64,000 nt of DNA from Candidatus Bathyarchaeota archaeon (GCA_963769845.1 CAVYNL010000033.1:1-64000); one strand, 5' to 3'; shown: positions 28,281 through 39,401, counted from the stretch's first letter. Notes: generated from the letters alone by a model not told the origin. Numbers and translations: made by a program.

Positions 28281-28283
28281 ATC

Positions 28284-30796
28284 CTAGACCACTCCTAAAG
28301 ACTTCTCAAAAACCTTCTTAGACTTCTCAATCTCTTCATGTGAAACCTTGTCAATGATAGGCTTCATCTCATGAACCTTCGACGCCACACGTTCGCCTTC
28401 GGCGGCTGAAGCCCACAACAACTGCAACCGTTCTTTGCTCAAGCCGCTCGTCTCCATCTTCTTCCACAACCGTTCCACACGCTTCTGCGTCTGGTAATTC
28501 GCGTTAATATAGTGACAATCGCCAAGATGACAGCCTGCCACCAGAACGGCTCCAGCGCCCCTTGCGAAAGCGCGCTCAACCATTCTCGGCGACACGCGCC
28601 CGCTGCACATCGTCCTGATAATGCGCACGTTCGGCGGATACTGCATCCTGCTGACACCCGCAAAATCCGCGCCTGCGTAGCTGCACCAGTTACAGCAGAA
28701 AGCCACGATCTTCTTCTCCGGCTTCTCCTCCGTCACCGCATCAATCTGCGCATTAATCTGGTCATCAGTAAAATGCTTCTGCGTCAACGCACCGAAAGCA
28801 CACTCAGCCGCACAAGTCCCACAGCCGCCACAAGCAGCCTCAATAATCTCCACGCGCTTCTTGTCCTTATCCAGCGTGATCGCGTTGTAAGGACAAACTT
28901 TCACGCAGAGGCCGCAGGCCTTACACTTGTCCGGGAAAGTGATCGGCGTAATAGCTTCAACGGTGACTTTGCCCTGCGCCATCAATATGCCCGCGCGAGC
29001 CGCAGCAGCGCTCGCCTGCGTAACACTGTCCTTGATGTCCTTGGGACCTTCCGCGCAGCCAGCGAAGAACACTCCGCCCGTCGCGGCGTCCACGGGCCTC
29101 AGCTTCGGATGAGCTTCAAGGAAGAACCCGTCCTGATTCCTTGAGAGCGTCAGCAACCGCTGGATCACTTCACTGTCCTTCCGCGCCTCCAGGCCTATGC
29201 TTAGTATAGCCATCTCCACGTTGACTTTGTACCGTTCTTTCTGCAGCGTGTTCTCGCCGACAAGCCACAGGTTGTGTGTCTTCCGGTCCTCAAAAATCTC
29301 CGCTGGCAAGCCCCTGATGAACTTGACACCCGCCTTTCGAGCACGCTTGTACAGGTCCTCAAAGCCCTTGCCAAAAGCCCGGATGTCCACGTAGAAAACG
29401 TAGATCTCCGTCTCAGGCCAGTGCTCCTTGATGAGCAGACTGTCCTTGATCGTGTTCATACAACAAACGTTGCTACAGTACAGCTTTCCGTTCCTGTCCG
29501 ACCGCGAGCCAACGCACTGGACAAACGCTACGTTCTTCGGGATCTGCTTGTCACTCGGCCTCAGCAAGTGGCCGCCTGAAGGCCCACCCGCGTTGATCAG
29601 CCTCTCAAACTCAAGCGACGTGATCACGTTCGGATACTTGCCATAACCGTAATATGGCAAGCCAGAAGGGTCAAAAACGTCCGCACCCGTCGCCACAATG
29701 ACGGTGCCGACCTCAAGCTCAACGGTCTCGGGCTTCATCTCGAAGCTTATCGCCTGACGCTCGCAAGCTTTTATGCACTTGTCACACACGATGATGCCGT
29801 TCTTGTTGAGGCACATACTCATGTCGATGATGTAAGTGGAAGGAACGGCCTGCGCAAACGGTGTATAAATCCCATGCCTCGTCGCGAGACCGACGTCAAA
29901 CTCGTTCGGGGCCAAGAATCGGACAGACCTTCGCACATTCGCCACACGCCGAACAGTCCTTGGCAACGTACCGCGGCTTCTTCAGCACCTTCACGTGGAA
30001 GTTTCCAATGTAACCCTTAACCTCACTTACCTCGCTGTTCGTCAACAGTTCAATGTTCGGATGGTGCCCCGCATCGGACATTTTCGGCGCCAAGAATGCA
30101 GATGGAACAGTCCATTGTCGGAAACGTCTTATCAATCCTTGCCATCATCCCGCCGATGCTCGGCTCCTTCTCCACCAGGTACACTTTGTAGCCAGTGTCC
30201 GCAAGGTCCAGGGCTGCCTGAATCCCAGCGACGCCACCGCCGATGACCAGCGCTCGTCGCGTGATCGGCATCTCAGCTTCCACAGCAGGCTCAAGCAATG
30301 CCGACTTGGCAACGGCCATCTTAACAAGGTCCTTCGCCTTCTCTGTGGCCGCTTCTCGGTCATACAAGTGAACCCAACTGCAATGCTCGCGGATGTTGGC
30401 CATCTCGAACAAGTACTTGTTCAACCCAGCCTCCTCGCACGCCTTGCGGAACGTGGGTTCATGAAGACGAGGAGAACACGAAGCCACGACCACACGGTTG
30501 AGCTTGTGCTCTTTGATGTCATTCTTAATTCCAGCCTGACCCTGGTCAGAACACGTGTAACGATTATCCTGGGCCAAAACCACGCCGGGCAGCTTCGCCG
30601 CAAACTTGGCAACTTCCGCACAATCAACAGAACCCGCGATGTTCAGGCCGCAATGACACACATAAACGCCGATACGCACATCGTCTTTCGGCTTAGCCTC
30701 AGCCGCCTTCTTCTCCGCCAACTCACCGCGCCCCCTCGGACTCCAAATAACATTCAATGGACTCAGCCGCTCGCTTCCCGTCGCGAATCGCTTCAA
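28284..30796 (-). pseudogene. hdrA: second HdrA-MvhD fusion gene, split into three ORF fragments by two frameshifts within about 150 nt (30135-29896)
   Basis: The fragments 30050..30796, 29896..30135 and 28284..29966 align in order to the intact copy at 4315-6678 (DCSICILG / [13 protein letters not shown]...CSACGECAKVCP / ...MvhD C-terminus VAFCCNWCSYAGAD...). The first shift lies inside GCCGAAAATGTCC, an A4 run. Sequencing error is possible. Confidence 0.7.
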
Positions 30797-32147
30797 TCAC
30801 CGAAGCCGGCCCCAACACCGCGTCGCCACCCGCGAAAACCCCTGGCAGGCTCGTCTCCAACGTGACAGGGTTAACCCAAACTGTCCCGTCCTCATTCAAC
30901 TCAACATCCTTCGGCAAAAATCCAAGGTCAGGAGCCTCACCGATTGCCAGAATCACCATATCCGCATCACGACTAAACTCCGAACCCTCAACCGGAAACG
31001 CCTTCTTCCGCCCCGACTCATCAGGCTCGCCCAACTGCATACGCAAACACTCAACGCCCGTGACCTTTCCTTTCTCGCCGAGGATCCGCTTAGGCGAAAC
31101 CAAAAACTCGAGTTTCACGCCCTCGTTCTCCGCCTCCTTCACTTCCCACAAGTTCGCAGGCATCTCCTCATCCGAACGCCTGTAAATTATCGTCACATCC
31201 TCCGCGCCCATGTATTTCGCGGTCCTCGCCGCATCAACAGCCACGTTTCCGCCGCCCACGACGACGACATGCTTCCCAACACTCATCTTCTTGCCAAAGT
31301 TGGAATCCCACAAAAAGTCCAAGGCATGAACCACACCGTCCAAGTCGGCACCCTCGACCCGCAAATGCTGACTCCTATGCGCGCCCACGCTGACGAATAT
31401 GCTCTTGTAGCCCTCCTTCCACAAGTCCTCAAAACCTACGTCCTTGCCCACTGTCGTACCCGTCTTGGCTTCCACGCCCAAGTCCATTATGTACTTCGTT
31501 TCCTTGGCCAACAAGCGCTTGGGCAGCCTATTCTCAGGGATGCCCTTGCGCAACATGCCACCAAGCTCGGGCAACGCTTCAAAAACCGTGACCGAATACC
31601 CTTTCCTGCCCAGCTCATACGCGGCGCTCAAACCGGCAGGACCTGAACCGATGATCGCTATTTTTCCAGAAGATTTCTCGCCCTTCCGCGGTTTGTGCAT
31701 CTCTTCCCTGATCTCTTCAATTCGTTTCAGGACTTTCTCGTTCTCTAAGCCCGCCCTTTCAGGGTGGAAACAGACGAGCGTGGTCACGAGCGGGAGTGGA
31801 ATATTCTTCACGATCTTCTGCAACGCTTTGTCGAAGGATTTGCTTCCGCGTTCTTTAGCAACTTTTCGCATTTCGAGAAAGATCTCGGGAATTTTCAAAG
31901 CCTGCGGACAACGCTTCTGGCAACCGTAGCACCAAGCGCACAGCCAAACTTCATCAGAATCCAAGACAGCTTCGGGCTCGCAGGCAATTCGCTCCAGCAG
32001 GTTCCGCGGGTTGTAGTCTGCGCCTAGCATCTCCGCCATGGAGCAGCTGGCCGTGCATATGCCGCATTCGAAGCAGTACTTGAGTTTTTCAGTGTCCAGA
32101 ATCCTGTTGAGAACTTCCTTGGAAACCGCGGTCGCCGAGCTTGCCAA
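30723..32147 (-). CDS. fusion protein: N-terminal HdrC-like 2x[4Fe-4S] domain plus a GltD/NfnB-like FAD/NAD(P)H oxidoreductase domain
   Basis: [11 protein letters not shown]...[12 protein letters not shown], then [11 protein letters not shown]...[12 protein letters not shown]...FAGGDAV. 474 aa. Its 3' end overlaps the hdrA-mvhD start region. Confidence 0.8.
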   Translation of the reverse strand: MASSATAVSKEVLNRILDTEKLKYCFECGICTASCSMAEMLGADYNPRNLLERIACEPEAVLDSDEVWLCAWCYGCQKRCPQALKIPEIFLEMRKVAKERGSKSFDKALQKIVKNIPLPLVTTLVCFHPERAGLENEKVLKRIEEIREEMHKPRKGEKSSGKIAIIGSGPAGLSAAYELGRKGYSVTVFEALPELGGMLRKGIPENRLPKRLLAKETKYIMDLGVEAKTGTTVGKDVGFEDLWKEGYKSIFVSVGAHRSQHLRVEGADLDGVVHALDFLWDSNFGKKMSVGKHVVVVGGGNVAVDAARTAKYMGAEDVTIIYRRSDEEMPANLWEVKEAENEGVKLEFLVSPKRILGEKGKVTGVECLRMQLGEPDESGRKKAFPVEGSEFSRDADMVILAIGEAPDLGFLPKDVELNEDGTVWVNPVTLETSLPGVFAGGDAVLGPASVIEAIRDGKRAAESIECYLESEGAR

Positions 32148-32297
32148 TTTTTTGGGCCCTCCCTTTTATTGGCGAAGCCCAACATATAAAAGTTTACAAA
32201 CGTAAAGGTTTTTCATGGACATCCGACCTCACAGGAGAACCAAACACCCTTTTAAACCCGAAAAGACAGAAGAGACCAACACAAGAGGCAGACGCGA

Positions 32298-33336
32298 ATG
32301 AAGAACATACGAGTAGCACTCTACGGCGTCGGCGCAGTCGGCGCACTTATCGCTAAACATCTACTGGAAAAGCAGGGCATAGACATCGTCGCCGCCATAG
32401 ACATAGACCCACAAAAACTGAACAAAGACCTAGGCGAAGTCCTTCAGCTAGGGAAAGAAACAGGCATAACCATCACAGACAACGTGGAAGAAACACTGGA
32501 GGAAACGCGGCCGGACATCGTTGTTCATGCCACCTCATCCTACCTCCGACAGACTTTCTCGCAGATAGGTGCTCTTGTCAAGCTGAACGTTAATGTCGTG
32601 TCGACATGTGAAGAGCTCTCGTACCCGTACATTTCCGAACCTAAACTTGCAAAGGAACTCGATGCACTTGCCAAGAAGCATAACGTAACGGTTTTGGGCA
32701 CGGGAATAAACCCTGGCTTCCTCATGGACACTCTCGTCATTACGCTTACAGCGCCCTGTACGAGAATAGACAGGATCGAAGCTACCAGAATCATGAACGC
32801 TGCCACCAGACGCGTGCCTTTCCAGAAGAAAATAGGCGCAGGACTCACAATCGAAGAATTCAACACGAAAATCAAGAACAAACAGATCACAGGCCACGTT
32901 GGTCTAGAACAGTCCATCGCCATGATAGCCGAAGCTCTAGCTTGGAAACTTGACAGAATAACCGTCGAACCCGCAGAGCCTATCATAGCTAAGAAATCCG
33001 TCGCAAGCAACGAACGTCCAAGTCCCAGCAGGAAGAGTGGCGGGTTTGAAGCAAACTGCAAGAGCCACTGTCAACAACAAAGAAGCCATCACACTCCACT
33101 TCGAAGCGTATATAGGTGCTGAGCAAGAGTACGATGCCATAAACGTCCACGGCATACCGAACATCAGCCAGAAGATCCAGCCATGCGTGCACGGCGACGC
33201 AGGAACCGTGGCAATGATCGCGAATGCCATCCCCAGAGTAATCAACGCGCCAGCCGGACTGCAAACGATGAAAGACCTGCCAGTCCCACATGGTACACCA
33301 GAAGACGCCCGTAAGTACCTGATTCCGACTGATTAG
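32298..33336 (+). pseudogene. DapB-like / NAD(P)H-dependent amine-dehydrogenase-family oxidoreductase carrying a frameshift near 33010-33040
   Basis: N-terminal NAD-binding MKNIRVALYGVGAVG. The C-terminal half continues in the +1 frame (ORF 33037..33336: ...VAGLKQTARATVNN...). The two track ORFs together give the expected length of about 340 aa. Confidence 0.5.
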
Positions 33337-33402
33337 TTCTTCTGGAAAACGCCAACCCTTATACAACCAAACAAGCCCTACCTACCTGCAGGTGCGAAAA
33401 GC

Positions 33403-33861
33403 TTGAAAAGCAGCGCAAGCGTTCATGAAAAAGGCACGTTCACACTCACCGACCTTATGAAAGACGTGAAGAAGAAACCCAACTTCCACAGAGCAGGAGC
33501 AGTTGCCATATTCGTCGGCGTCGTCCGAGGAGAAACAGAAAAACACGAAAAGGTCCAGAAATTGCATCTTGAAGCCTACGAAGAAAAAGCAAATCAGGTC
33601 TTAAAAGATATTTGTGAGGATCTGGAGAAAAAGCCAGGCATCACCGATGTGCAGATACACCACATGCTCGGAGAATTCAAAATCGGCGAAGACCTCGTCT
33701 ACGTCTCAGTAGCAGGCTCTCACCGCGATCAGCTGTTCCCAGTCCTCGAAGAAGCAGTTGAAAGATACAAAAAAGAGACCCCAATTTTCAAAAAAGAAGA
33801 AGTCAAACTGGCCAAAGGCAAAACACGCACATACTGGAAAACAGAACAGCAAACCAGCTGA
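33403..33861 (+). CDS. moaE: molybdopterin synthase catalytic subunit MoaE-like
   Basis: HRAGAVAIFVGVVRGE...YVSVAGSHRDQLFPVLEEAVERYKKETPIFKKE matches MoaE motifs. The true start may be the internal Met at 33457. Confidence 0.6.
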   Translation: MKSSASVHEKGTFTLTDLMKDVKKKPNFHRAGAVAIFVGVVRGETEKHEKVQKLHLEAYEEKANQVLKDICEDLEKKPGITDVQIHHMLGEFKIGEDLVYVSVAGSHRDQLFPVLEEAVERYKKETPIFKKEEVKLAKGKTRTYWKTEQQTS

Positions 33862-34490
33862 CAAAATTACGTTGACACGAAAGAACACTCGACTATATAG
33901 AATCAGTAGCCATGCGTACACTATTTGGAGAACCAACATAAGCTAAGGGTGCAACATTTTCTGTCGGTGACTCAAATGGAAAAAGCCAGACCAAAAAGAA
34001 CCAAAAAGAGAAGCATCCCCACCGAACCATGGTACTTCACCCACATATGAGAGAACCAACTTGGCAGACAGCCAGAACGTGATCAGCTTGAAGAAGAGAA
34101 GAAAGCAATCGAAAAAAACTGAACAAAGGACGAATGCGGACACAATCGACTGACGTCTAGCCATCGACTTCATCCCAATCTAGCGAATTTCTAATAAGAA
34201 AACCAGGATTTTTCTGTTCAAGGGTATGGTCAATCTTCGCAACGACAGACATTCGCCCAATTGTGTCAGCACGAACCTACCTAGAAGAAAAAAAGAAAGG
34301 ATTTCGGCGCATGTTGTGTACGTAATCACCAGGGGAATTATGTGAGCGCGGACTCGCGAGGATTTTCGAGGAAAACATATGGCAGATCGTGGGTCTTCAG
34401 CCCACGGTGAGATCGAGTCTTCTTTGACGAAACGTTTAAACCCACAGGCTAAACCTCGAAGGAGCTACCGACAATATATGAGGGACAGAA

Positions 34491-35423
34491 TTGAGCAGCA
34501 ATGTTGCTATTGACGTGGAGAGGCTCACGAAACGTTACGGAGATTTGACCGCTGTCAACGGTATTTCTTTCACGGTTAATAAGGGCGAGATCTTTGCTTT
34601 TTTAGGACCCAACGGTGCGGGCAAGACCACGACCGTAGAGATGCTGGAGTGTTTGCGCAAGCCCACGAGCGGAAAGGCCTACGTGCTTGGCTGTGACATT
34701 TCGAAAGACAAAGACGACATAAAGAAAAGAACAGGTGTCCTGCCGCAGGACTTTGCTACCTACGAGAGACTTACGGTTAGGGAAACAATCCAGTATTTCG
34801 CTGGGATGTTCAATAGCCACCCGGATGTCGATGGCCTGATCAAAATGGTTGACTTGGAAGACAAGAAAAACGCACTGTTCAAGCATCTGTCAGGCGGACT
34901 GAAGCAGCGACTCGGAATAGCCGTTGCCCTAGTTAACGATCCCGAACTTATTTTCTTGGACGAGCCCACAGCTGGACTGGACCCGAAAGCACGTCACGTT
35001 GTCTGGCACCTTATCGAAGAATTTCATAAACAAGGAAAAACCGTGTTCTTGACAACCCATTACATGGAAGAAGCAGAAGTGCTCGCCGACCGAGTGGGCA
35101 TAATCTACAACGGCAACATTGTCGCACTGGACACCACGGACAGACTTATTTCTGAACACGGCAAGAAGAACCTATTAATTCTGAAGAAAACAAGTCCCAA
35201 GGCAGTTCCAACGATCGAAGAACTCGGGATAAAAGCAAACTTTGACGGCGGAAGCGGTGACGTCACGGTTCACCTGAACCATGCCGTCGCAGTCTCCGAA
35301 ATCCTGCACAAGCTGGGCAGTGCGAACATACCATTTCAAGAACTGCAGCTGAAACGTTCAAGCCTCGAAGACGTCTTTCTGAACCTTACTGGAGCGCAGC
35401 TAGAGGAGGGCGACAAAATATGA
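34491..35423 (+). CDS. ABC transporter ATP-binding protein
   Basis: Walker A GPNGAGKTT, ABC signature LSGGLKQR, Walker B IFLDEPTAGLD. Confidence 0.85.
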   Translation: MSSNVAIDVERLTKRYGDLTAVNGISFTVNKGEIFAFLGPNGAGKTTTVEMLECLRKPTSGKAYVLGCDISKDKDDIKKRTGVLPQDFATYERLTVRETIQYFAGMFNSHPDVDGLIKMVDLEDKKNALFKHLSGGLKQRLGIAVALVNDPELIFLDEPTAGLDPKARHVVWHLIEEFHKQGKTVFLTTHYMEEAEVLADRVGIIYNGNIVALDTTDRLISEHGKKNLLILKKTSPKAVPTIEELGIKANFDGGSGDVTVHLNHAVAVSEILHKLGSANIPFQELQLKRSSLEDVFLNLTGAQLEEGDKI

Positions 35424-36535
35424 GCCACGTGGTTCTCGACCTTAAAGCCAGCATCAAAACCTTCTTCCGCAACAAAAGCGCCATCTTCTGGACCATCGCA
35501 TTTCCCTGCGTTCTAATACTACTATTCGGAGCCATTTTCAGTCAATCATCAATGAAATACGACCTCTACCTGCAAAATCAGGACCAAACCAACAGCAAAG
35601 CAACATACTGGTCCAGCACAATCATAAACGTCCTGAACTCCACAAACGCATTCAACCTACAAGTAATAGACTCATCAATCAACGCGACGGACTATGCAAT
35701 AGCAAACAGACTGAGCAGCCTGATCGTCATCCCGTCAGGGTTCAACGATACCGCGAACACAGCGCTTTTAAGCCACGGCAGCACTACCGCGAACGTGACT
35801 TTTGTCTATGACCAATCCACGTCCTCCGCGCCCATCGTTCGAAGCATCGTAATGAGCATCATCGACAGGTTCAACTTTCAACTTTCGAATGGCGTGCAGT
35901 ATATGAGCATTGAAGATTTGACCATAGCACCGAAGCGCTTCGGCTACATCGACTTCTTCCTGCCAGGCATGATCGGAATGACGGCAATGACCACAAGCGT
36001 TTTCACGGCCGTTTCACTGAGCGCCCGGTTCAAAGAAAACGGCGTCTTCCACAAATTGGCAACCACGCCGCTGAAGCGCTACGAGTGGATACTGTCCAGA
36101 ACAATCTACAACGTCCTCATATCCTTCCTTGGCATGGCAGTCATGATGGTACTAGGCTTGACAATATTCAACATGAAAATGACAGTTGACGCCGTGTCGC
36201 TTCTCATGGTGGCAATGGCCTCGCTAATGTTCACGGGCATTGGAATGATCATCGCAAGATTCGTCAAAGACCCAGACGGAGCAGACGCAGCAGCAAACGT
36301 CATAACCTTCCCGATGATGTTCCTCTCAGGCACATTCTTCCCACTAAGCCAAATGCCCCAATTCCTCCAAACAATCGCCCAAGTGCTCCCGCTGACCTAC
36401 GTAAACGAAGGACTCAGAGCCACCTTGATCTTCGGCCAACCACAACAGGCAATCTTGAACACGGCAATAATAACGGTTCTAGGATTACTATCCATCGCCG
36501 TAGGCTCATGGATAACCAAATGGGAAGAGGACTAA
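35420..36535 (+). CDS. ABC-2 family transporter permease
   Basis: An N-terminal TM segment, a large extracytoplasmic loop, then a 5-TM bundle. Overlaps the upstream ATPase gene by 4 nt. Confidence 0.75.
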   Translation: MSHVVLDLKASIKTFFRNKSAIFWTIAFPCVLILLFGAIFSQSSMKYDLYLQNQDQTNSKATYWSSTIINVLNSTNAFNLQVIDSSINATDYAIANRLSSLIVIPSGFNDTANTALLSHGSTTANVTFVYDQSTSSAPIVRSIVMSIIDRFNFQLSNGVQYMSIEDLTIAPKRFGYIDFFLPGMIGMTAMTTSVFTAVSLSARFKENGVFHKLATTPLKRYEWILSRTIYNVLISFLGMAVMMVLGLTIFNMKMTVDAVSLLMVAMASLMFTGIGMIIARFVKDPDGADAAANVITFPMMFLSGTFFPLSQMPQFLQTIAQVLPLTYVNEGLRATLIFGQPQQAILNTAIITVLGLLSIAVGSWITKWEED

Positions 36536-36540
36536 CCTCC

Positions 36541-36550
36541 AGCGCGCGCA
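36541..36550. repeat. AGCGCGCGCA, a one-mismatch variant, 6 nt after the ABC-2 permease stop
   Basis: Read from the sequence. Confidence 0.8.
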
Positions 36551-36644
36551 TGGGGGGAGAAAGTCAGTCTCAGGTGAAAAGGAACATGCGGACAGCAAAT
36601 CTTAAGAAGTTTTATAATGAAGGGATAACAAAAAGTAGTTAGTA

Positions 36645-37328
36645 ATGGAGACAATGGAAATGGAAAAGAGAAGTTACGAATGGTTCGAAAAACGTCGGAA
36701 ATCACGAGCTCTGGACTTGGCTCAGGAACAGATAACCAAGGCCCTGGACACTGTGACGCTTCTAAACCAGGCCGTCCAGAGCATCTCGCATGGAAACAAG
36801 AACGACGCGATACAGCGGGTCGAGAACCTGTTCAAGGAAGAGGAAGAGGTGGACATGCTCAGAACCGAGGTGTTCAAGGAACTGTCTAAAGGAGCTGCTT
36901 TGCTCGCCGACTACCGCGAAGACTTGCTGCACCTAGTGAAAAGACTGGACACACTGGCAGACCACGTGAAAGACGCTGCAAGATGCTTGGAAATGCTTGC
37001 CGATGTGAAATTCCCGAAGGAATTCTGCGAGAACACCGCTCACATGACCTCACGCCTCGTAGACTGCGCACAAGCTCTACGCGTGTGCATAGAAAAACTG
37101 AACTCCGCACCCGCCAATGCGATAACAGGAGCACAAAAAGTCGAGGACATCGAACATGACATCGACCAAGACTACCTAAAAACCAAAGCACTATTCGTGA
37201 AATACGGAGACCAAGTGAACGCCGGAGCCATGGTAATATTCGACGACCTAATCGAATTCATCGAACAAGCCGCGGACATGTGCGCCGACACAGCAGACTA
37301 CATAGTCATACTCGCAAGCCGAGAATAA
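36645..37328 (+). CDS. DUF47 / PhoU-like protein (TIGR00153 family)
   Basis: Helical bundle with repeated PhoU-like segments. The context (next to an ABC transporter) is typical. Confidence 0.55.
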   Translation: METMEMEKRSYEWFEKRRKSRALDLAQEQITKALDTVTLLNQAVQSISHGNKNDAIQRVENLFKEEEEVDMLRTEVFKELSKGAALLADYREDLLHLVKRLDTLADHVKDAARCLEMLADVKFPKEFCENTAHMTSRLVDCAQALRVCIEKLNSAPANAITGAQKVEDIEHDIDQDYLKTKALFVKYGDQVNAGAMVIFDDLIEFIEQAADMCADTADYIVILASRE

Positions 37329-37394
37329 ACCACTTTTTGATGCGATACTTACCGTCCAAACCTCAGACGTACACCAGCGTACAAGGCAACAACC

Positions 37395-38141
37395 ATGGTC
37401 AAACTCATCGCAGGAAACAAGAGCATAGACTGCGAGCTGGTGATTTTCGACAAGGACGGCACGCTCGTTGACTTGACTCAAGTGCTTTTCGGTTTGGCAA
37501 GAGCACGCAGGCTAGCGGTTGAAGAGCACGGAGGAAAGGAAGTTGCTGACCTGTGGCAAAAAGTGATGGGCGTTGACCTTGCCCATGATAAGATGGATTA
37601 CGGTGGACCCTTGGCCACGGCGCCGCGACAACAAGAGCTGCTCATCGCGGCTGCATGCTTCTACCTGAAAGGCTACTCGTGGGAAGAAGCACGAAACCAA
37701 GCTCAGAAGGCTTATGACGAGGCTGATGAACGTATGAAACCGCCGTTCAGCACGGTCCTTCTCCCAGGAGTAGAAGCCACGTTGAAGCAGATGAAAGCTC
37801 ACGGATTGAAGCTGGCCATAGCCTCAACAGACACGCACAGACGCATCGCCAGCTCGTTTGAAGCGCTTGGAATAGCCATGCTGTTTGATGCTTTCGTCGG
37901 AGACGACGACGTTGTGAACGGGAAACCCGCTCCGGACATGATAGTTGAGGCGATGAAACGCACGAACTGTTCGCCAGAACAGACCGTCATGATCGGAGAC
38001 TCCGTATCGGACATGCGCATGGGAAGAAACGCGAAAGTCCTAGCCAGCATAGGCGTACTGACGGGCTCCACAAAGAAGAAAAAGCTTGAACAGTTCGCCG
38101 ACGCTATCGTCTCTTCCGTAGCAGAGCTACGAGTCCTCTAG
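37395..38141 (+). CDS. HAD-superfamily hydrolase (phosphatase)
   Basis: Motif I VIFDKDGTL, motif IV GDSVSDMRMG. Confidence 0.75.
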   Translation: MVKLIAGNKSIDCELVIFDKDGTLVDLTQVLFGLARARRLAVEEHGGKEVADLWQKVMGVDLAHDKMDYGGPLATAPRQQELLIAAACFYLKGYSWEEARNQAQKAYDEADERMKPPFSTVLLPGVEATLKQMKAHGLKLAIASTDTHRRIASSFEALGIAMLFDAFVGDDDVVNGKPAPDMIVEAMKRTNCSPEQTVMIGDSVSDMRMGRNAKVLASIGVLTGSTKKKKLEQFADAIVSSVAELRVL

Positions 38142-38222
38142 GCCTGCTTCGCCAGAGACACATTGGATTCAAACGCTCAGTGCACACAGTTAAAACCTTT
38201 TTATGTTTTCATGGCATGATGT

Positions 38223-38954
38223 ATGCGCTTGGAGACCCGTCCGTCTATGAGAAAATCGCGAAAAGTCAAGGCCGTCATCTTTGACCTAGGCGGAACCATA
38301 GTCAAGTCGTTCGAGCCGGCACAGGTTTTCCACAGAATCCTCGAAGCCCATGGATACCGCGTGCAGATTGAGAAGATACGCGCAGCTCACAAGAGGAACG
38401 AGACAGAATTTGACGTTGACGATATGGCAGACCAGGGCATGGAATACTGGAACAGATGGAACGGGCGACTTCTGGAGAGCATAGGCATAGAAGACAACGA
38501 AAGGCTGTTGGCTCGGAGCATCAATGAACAATGGTTCAACTACGCAGACCTTCAGGTCTATTCAGACGCTGCTGAAACCCTAGAAAAGCTGAAACTGAAG
38601 AAAGTGAAGCTGGGAATCGTGACGAACGCGCTCGAGGAGGAAATCCGAAAAATGTTCGACAAACTCGGCCTCAACAACCTCTTTGACGTTGCAGTAGGAT
38701 GCGACACTTGCAGGAAAGCCAAACCAAGAAGGGAAATCTTCTGCTACGCGCTCGAAAGATTGAACGTACAGGCTGGGGAGGCCATCTTCGTAGGTGACTC
38801 CCTGAAGTATGACTACGAGGGCGCCGAAAAAGCTGGCATGAGAGCCGTGCTAGTCAGCCGGAACGGGGATGCGCCTGCAGGGATAGAAACGGTAAAGACT
38901 CTAACAGAGATCTTGGAATACGTCGACCGAGAGCAATTGCTTCGGAAAAAATAA
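38223..38954 (+). CDS. HAD-superfamily hydrolase (phosphatase)
   Basis: Motif I VIFDLGGTI, motif IV VGDSLKYDYEGA. Confidence 0.75.
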   Translation: MRLETRPSMRKSRKVKAVIFDLGGTIVKSFEPAQVFHRILEAHGYRVQIEKIRAAHKRNETEFDVDDMADQGMEYWNRWNGRLLESIGIEDNERLLARSINEQWFNYADLQVYSDAAETLEKLKLKKVKLGIVTNALEEEIRKMFDKLGLNNLFDVAVGCDTCRKAKPRREIFCYALERLNVQAGEAIFVGDSLKYDYEGAEKAGMRAVLVSRNGDAPAGIETVKTLTEILEYVDREQLLRKK

Positions 38955-39004
38955 AAAGAAAGGCGAGGTTGTCGCCGTTGTGGTACTTTGTTTTGGTTGT
39001 CTCT

Positions 39005-39292
39005 CTAGTCTTTTGCTAGGGTTATCTCCATTGTAGAGACCGCTCTTGCACTGTTTTCGCCTTCTCTGGCTGGCATCTGTTCAGTTCCTATGGCGATCTT
39101 GCTTACCTTCAAGTCTTTGAGGAAGCGGCTTCTCGTTATCTCTGCAACGTCTACGGCTGTCGTGATTGCTTGACCACGTGCTTTCAACGTAATTTCCTTG
39201 GCGTTAGAAGCCGATAGGCTTGTGATGATCGCCAGAACGTAGCTCATTGCTGGTTTCCTGCCAATGAAGACGATTTTGTTGTTTTCTGCCAT
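39005..39292 (-). CDS. albA: DNA/RNA-binding protein Alba
   Basis: NKIVFIGRKPAMSYVLAIITSL...AKEITLKARGQAITTAVDVAEI is a typical Alba sequence. 95 aa. Confidence 0.85.
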   Translation of the reverse strand: MAENNKIVFIGRKPAMSYVLAIITSLSASNAKEITLKARGQAITTAVDVAEITRSRFLKDLKVSKIAIGTEQMPAREGENSARAVSTMEITLAKD

Positions 39293-39401
39293 TTTCTTTC
39301 ACTCCTTCTTTTTTTTCTTTGGTTGTTGTGTGTAGCGTTGTTTCCATGTTTGCGATTGTTGTGAAGAACGCTACCGCGCCAGAATAATGGCGCGTCGTCC
39401 C

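Noticed and set aside
30053-30865. 270-aa plus-strand ORF antisense to hdrA/gltD-fusion
   Set aside because: Arg/His/Pro-rich composition. It overlaps two strongly supported minus-strand genes.
34380-34440. Perfect 7-bp inverted repeat CCGTGGG-TCTTCAG-CCCACGG upstream of the ABC transporter operon as a riboswitch
   Set aside because: A single short hairpin with no flanking conserved riboswitch core (for example a B12 box or TPP motif). It is more likely a simple structural or operator element, and I found too little evidence to call it.
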